A program made the translations under genes and the position numbers. A model generated the notes under the pieces. That model was not told the DNA's origin, searched no databases, and worked only from the letters and a program-made list of their open reading frames with translations. 45,745 bases of DNA from a bacterium (GTDB lineage Bacteria; Patescibacteriota; Andersenbacteria; UBA10190): assembly GCA_043811915.1 (NCBI GenBank), contig JBDRMS010000004.1:1-45745 (forward strand), written 5' to 3'. Of the stretch, positions 45,613-45,745 are shown piece by piece (position 1 is the first letter of the stretch; each line of letters starts with the position of its first letter).

Positions 45613-45745
45613 GACCCCATTTTTTCGGACACCTTGTCTGAGACTTTTTCTTGTGAATACAGCTTCCTGAAAGCAGCCGGTGACATGGTGAGCGCCGAGT
45701 GAATCCGGCTGGTGTTGTAGCGGTAGATCTCCTGGTGCACGGCGT
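45607..45745 (-). mobile_element. Right end of an IS3-family element (runs off the window)
   Basis: Minus strand 45743-45609 reads AVHQEIYRYNTSRIHSALTMSPAAF...KMGS*; element ends ...GGGGTCTTGACA. Confidence 0.85.

Noticed and set aside
1-45745. TGA recoding (genetic code 25) as in Gracilibacteria/Absconditabacteria
   Set aside because: TGA ends many full-length genes and overlaps downstream start codons; conserved proteins are intact under code 11

Overview
Window from a Patescibacteria (CPR, Parcubacteria-like) genome or bin, read in the standard genetic code. It has three compositional parts. (1) 1-~9.5 kb is AT-richer (about 40% GC by spot counts) and holds a type IV pilus cluster (minor pilins, PilX-like, PilMNO), htrA, four tRNAs and a small islet after tRNA-Ser that ends in a nested inverted repeat. 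(2) ~9.6-40.7 kb is about 50% GC with a G-rich + strand. It holds a branched-sugar biosynthesis cassette, housekeeping genes (infB, rbfA, nrnA, ymdB, hup, two tRNAs, rsmA) and a ~17-kb co-directional surface/secretion locus. That locus encodes Ca-binding anchored proteins, an M64-like metalloprotease, a 1367-aa Calx-beta/(SP)30 protein, two LRR proteins and VirB6/PrgI/VirB4/VirB2-like T4SS parts, with no relaxase or coupling protein in view. It faces a GT2 plus two O-antigen-ligase-like genes. (3) 40.8-45.7 kb is an IS-rich tail (IS5, IS481, partial IS3) where GC skew reverses. Notable signals: a ~30-bp hairpin repeat present 5 times in one orientation, 4 of them translated in frame inside genes; an IS5 sitting in the exact centre of a perfect 24-bp palindrome; a shared N-terminal membrane-anchor cassette on different passenger domains; and heptamer arrays. 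Family assignments come from visible motifs only; no database search was run.
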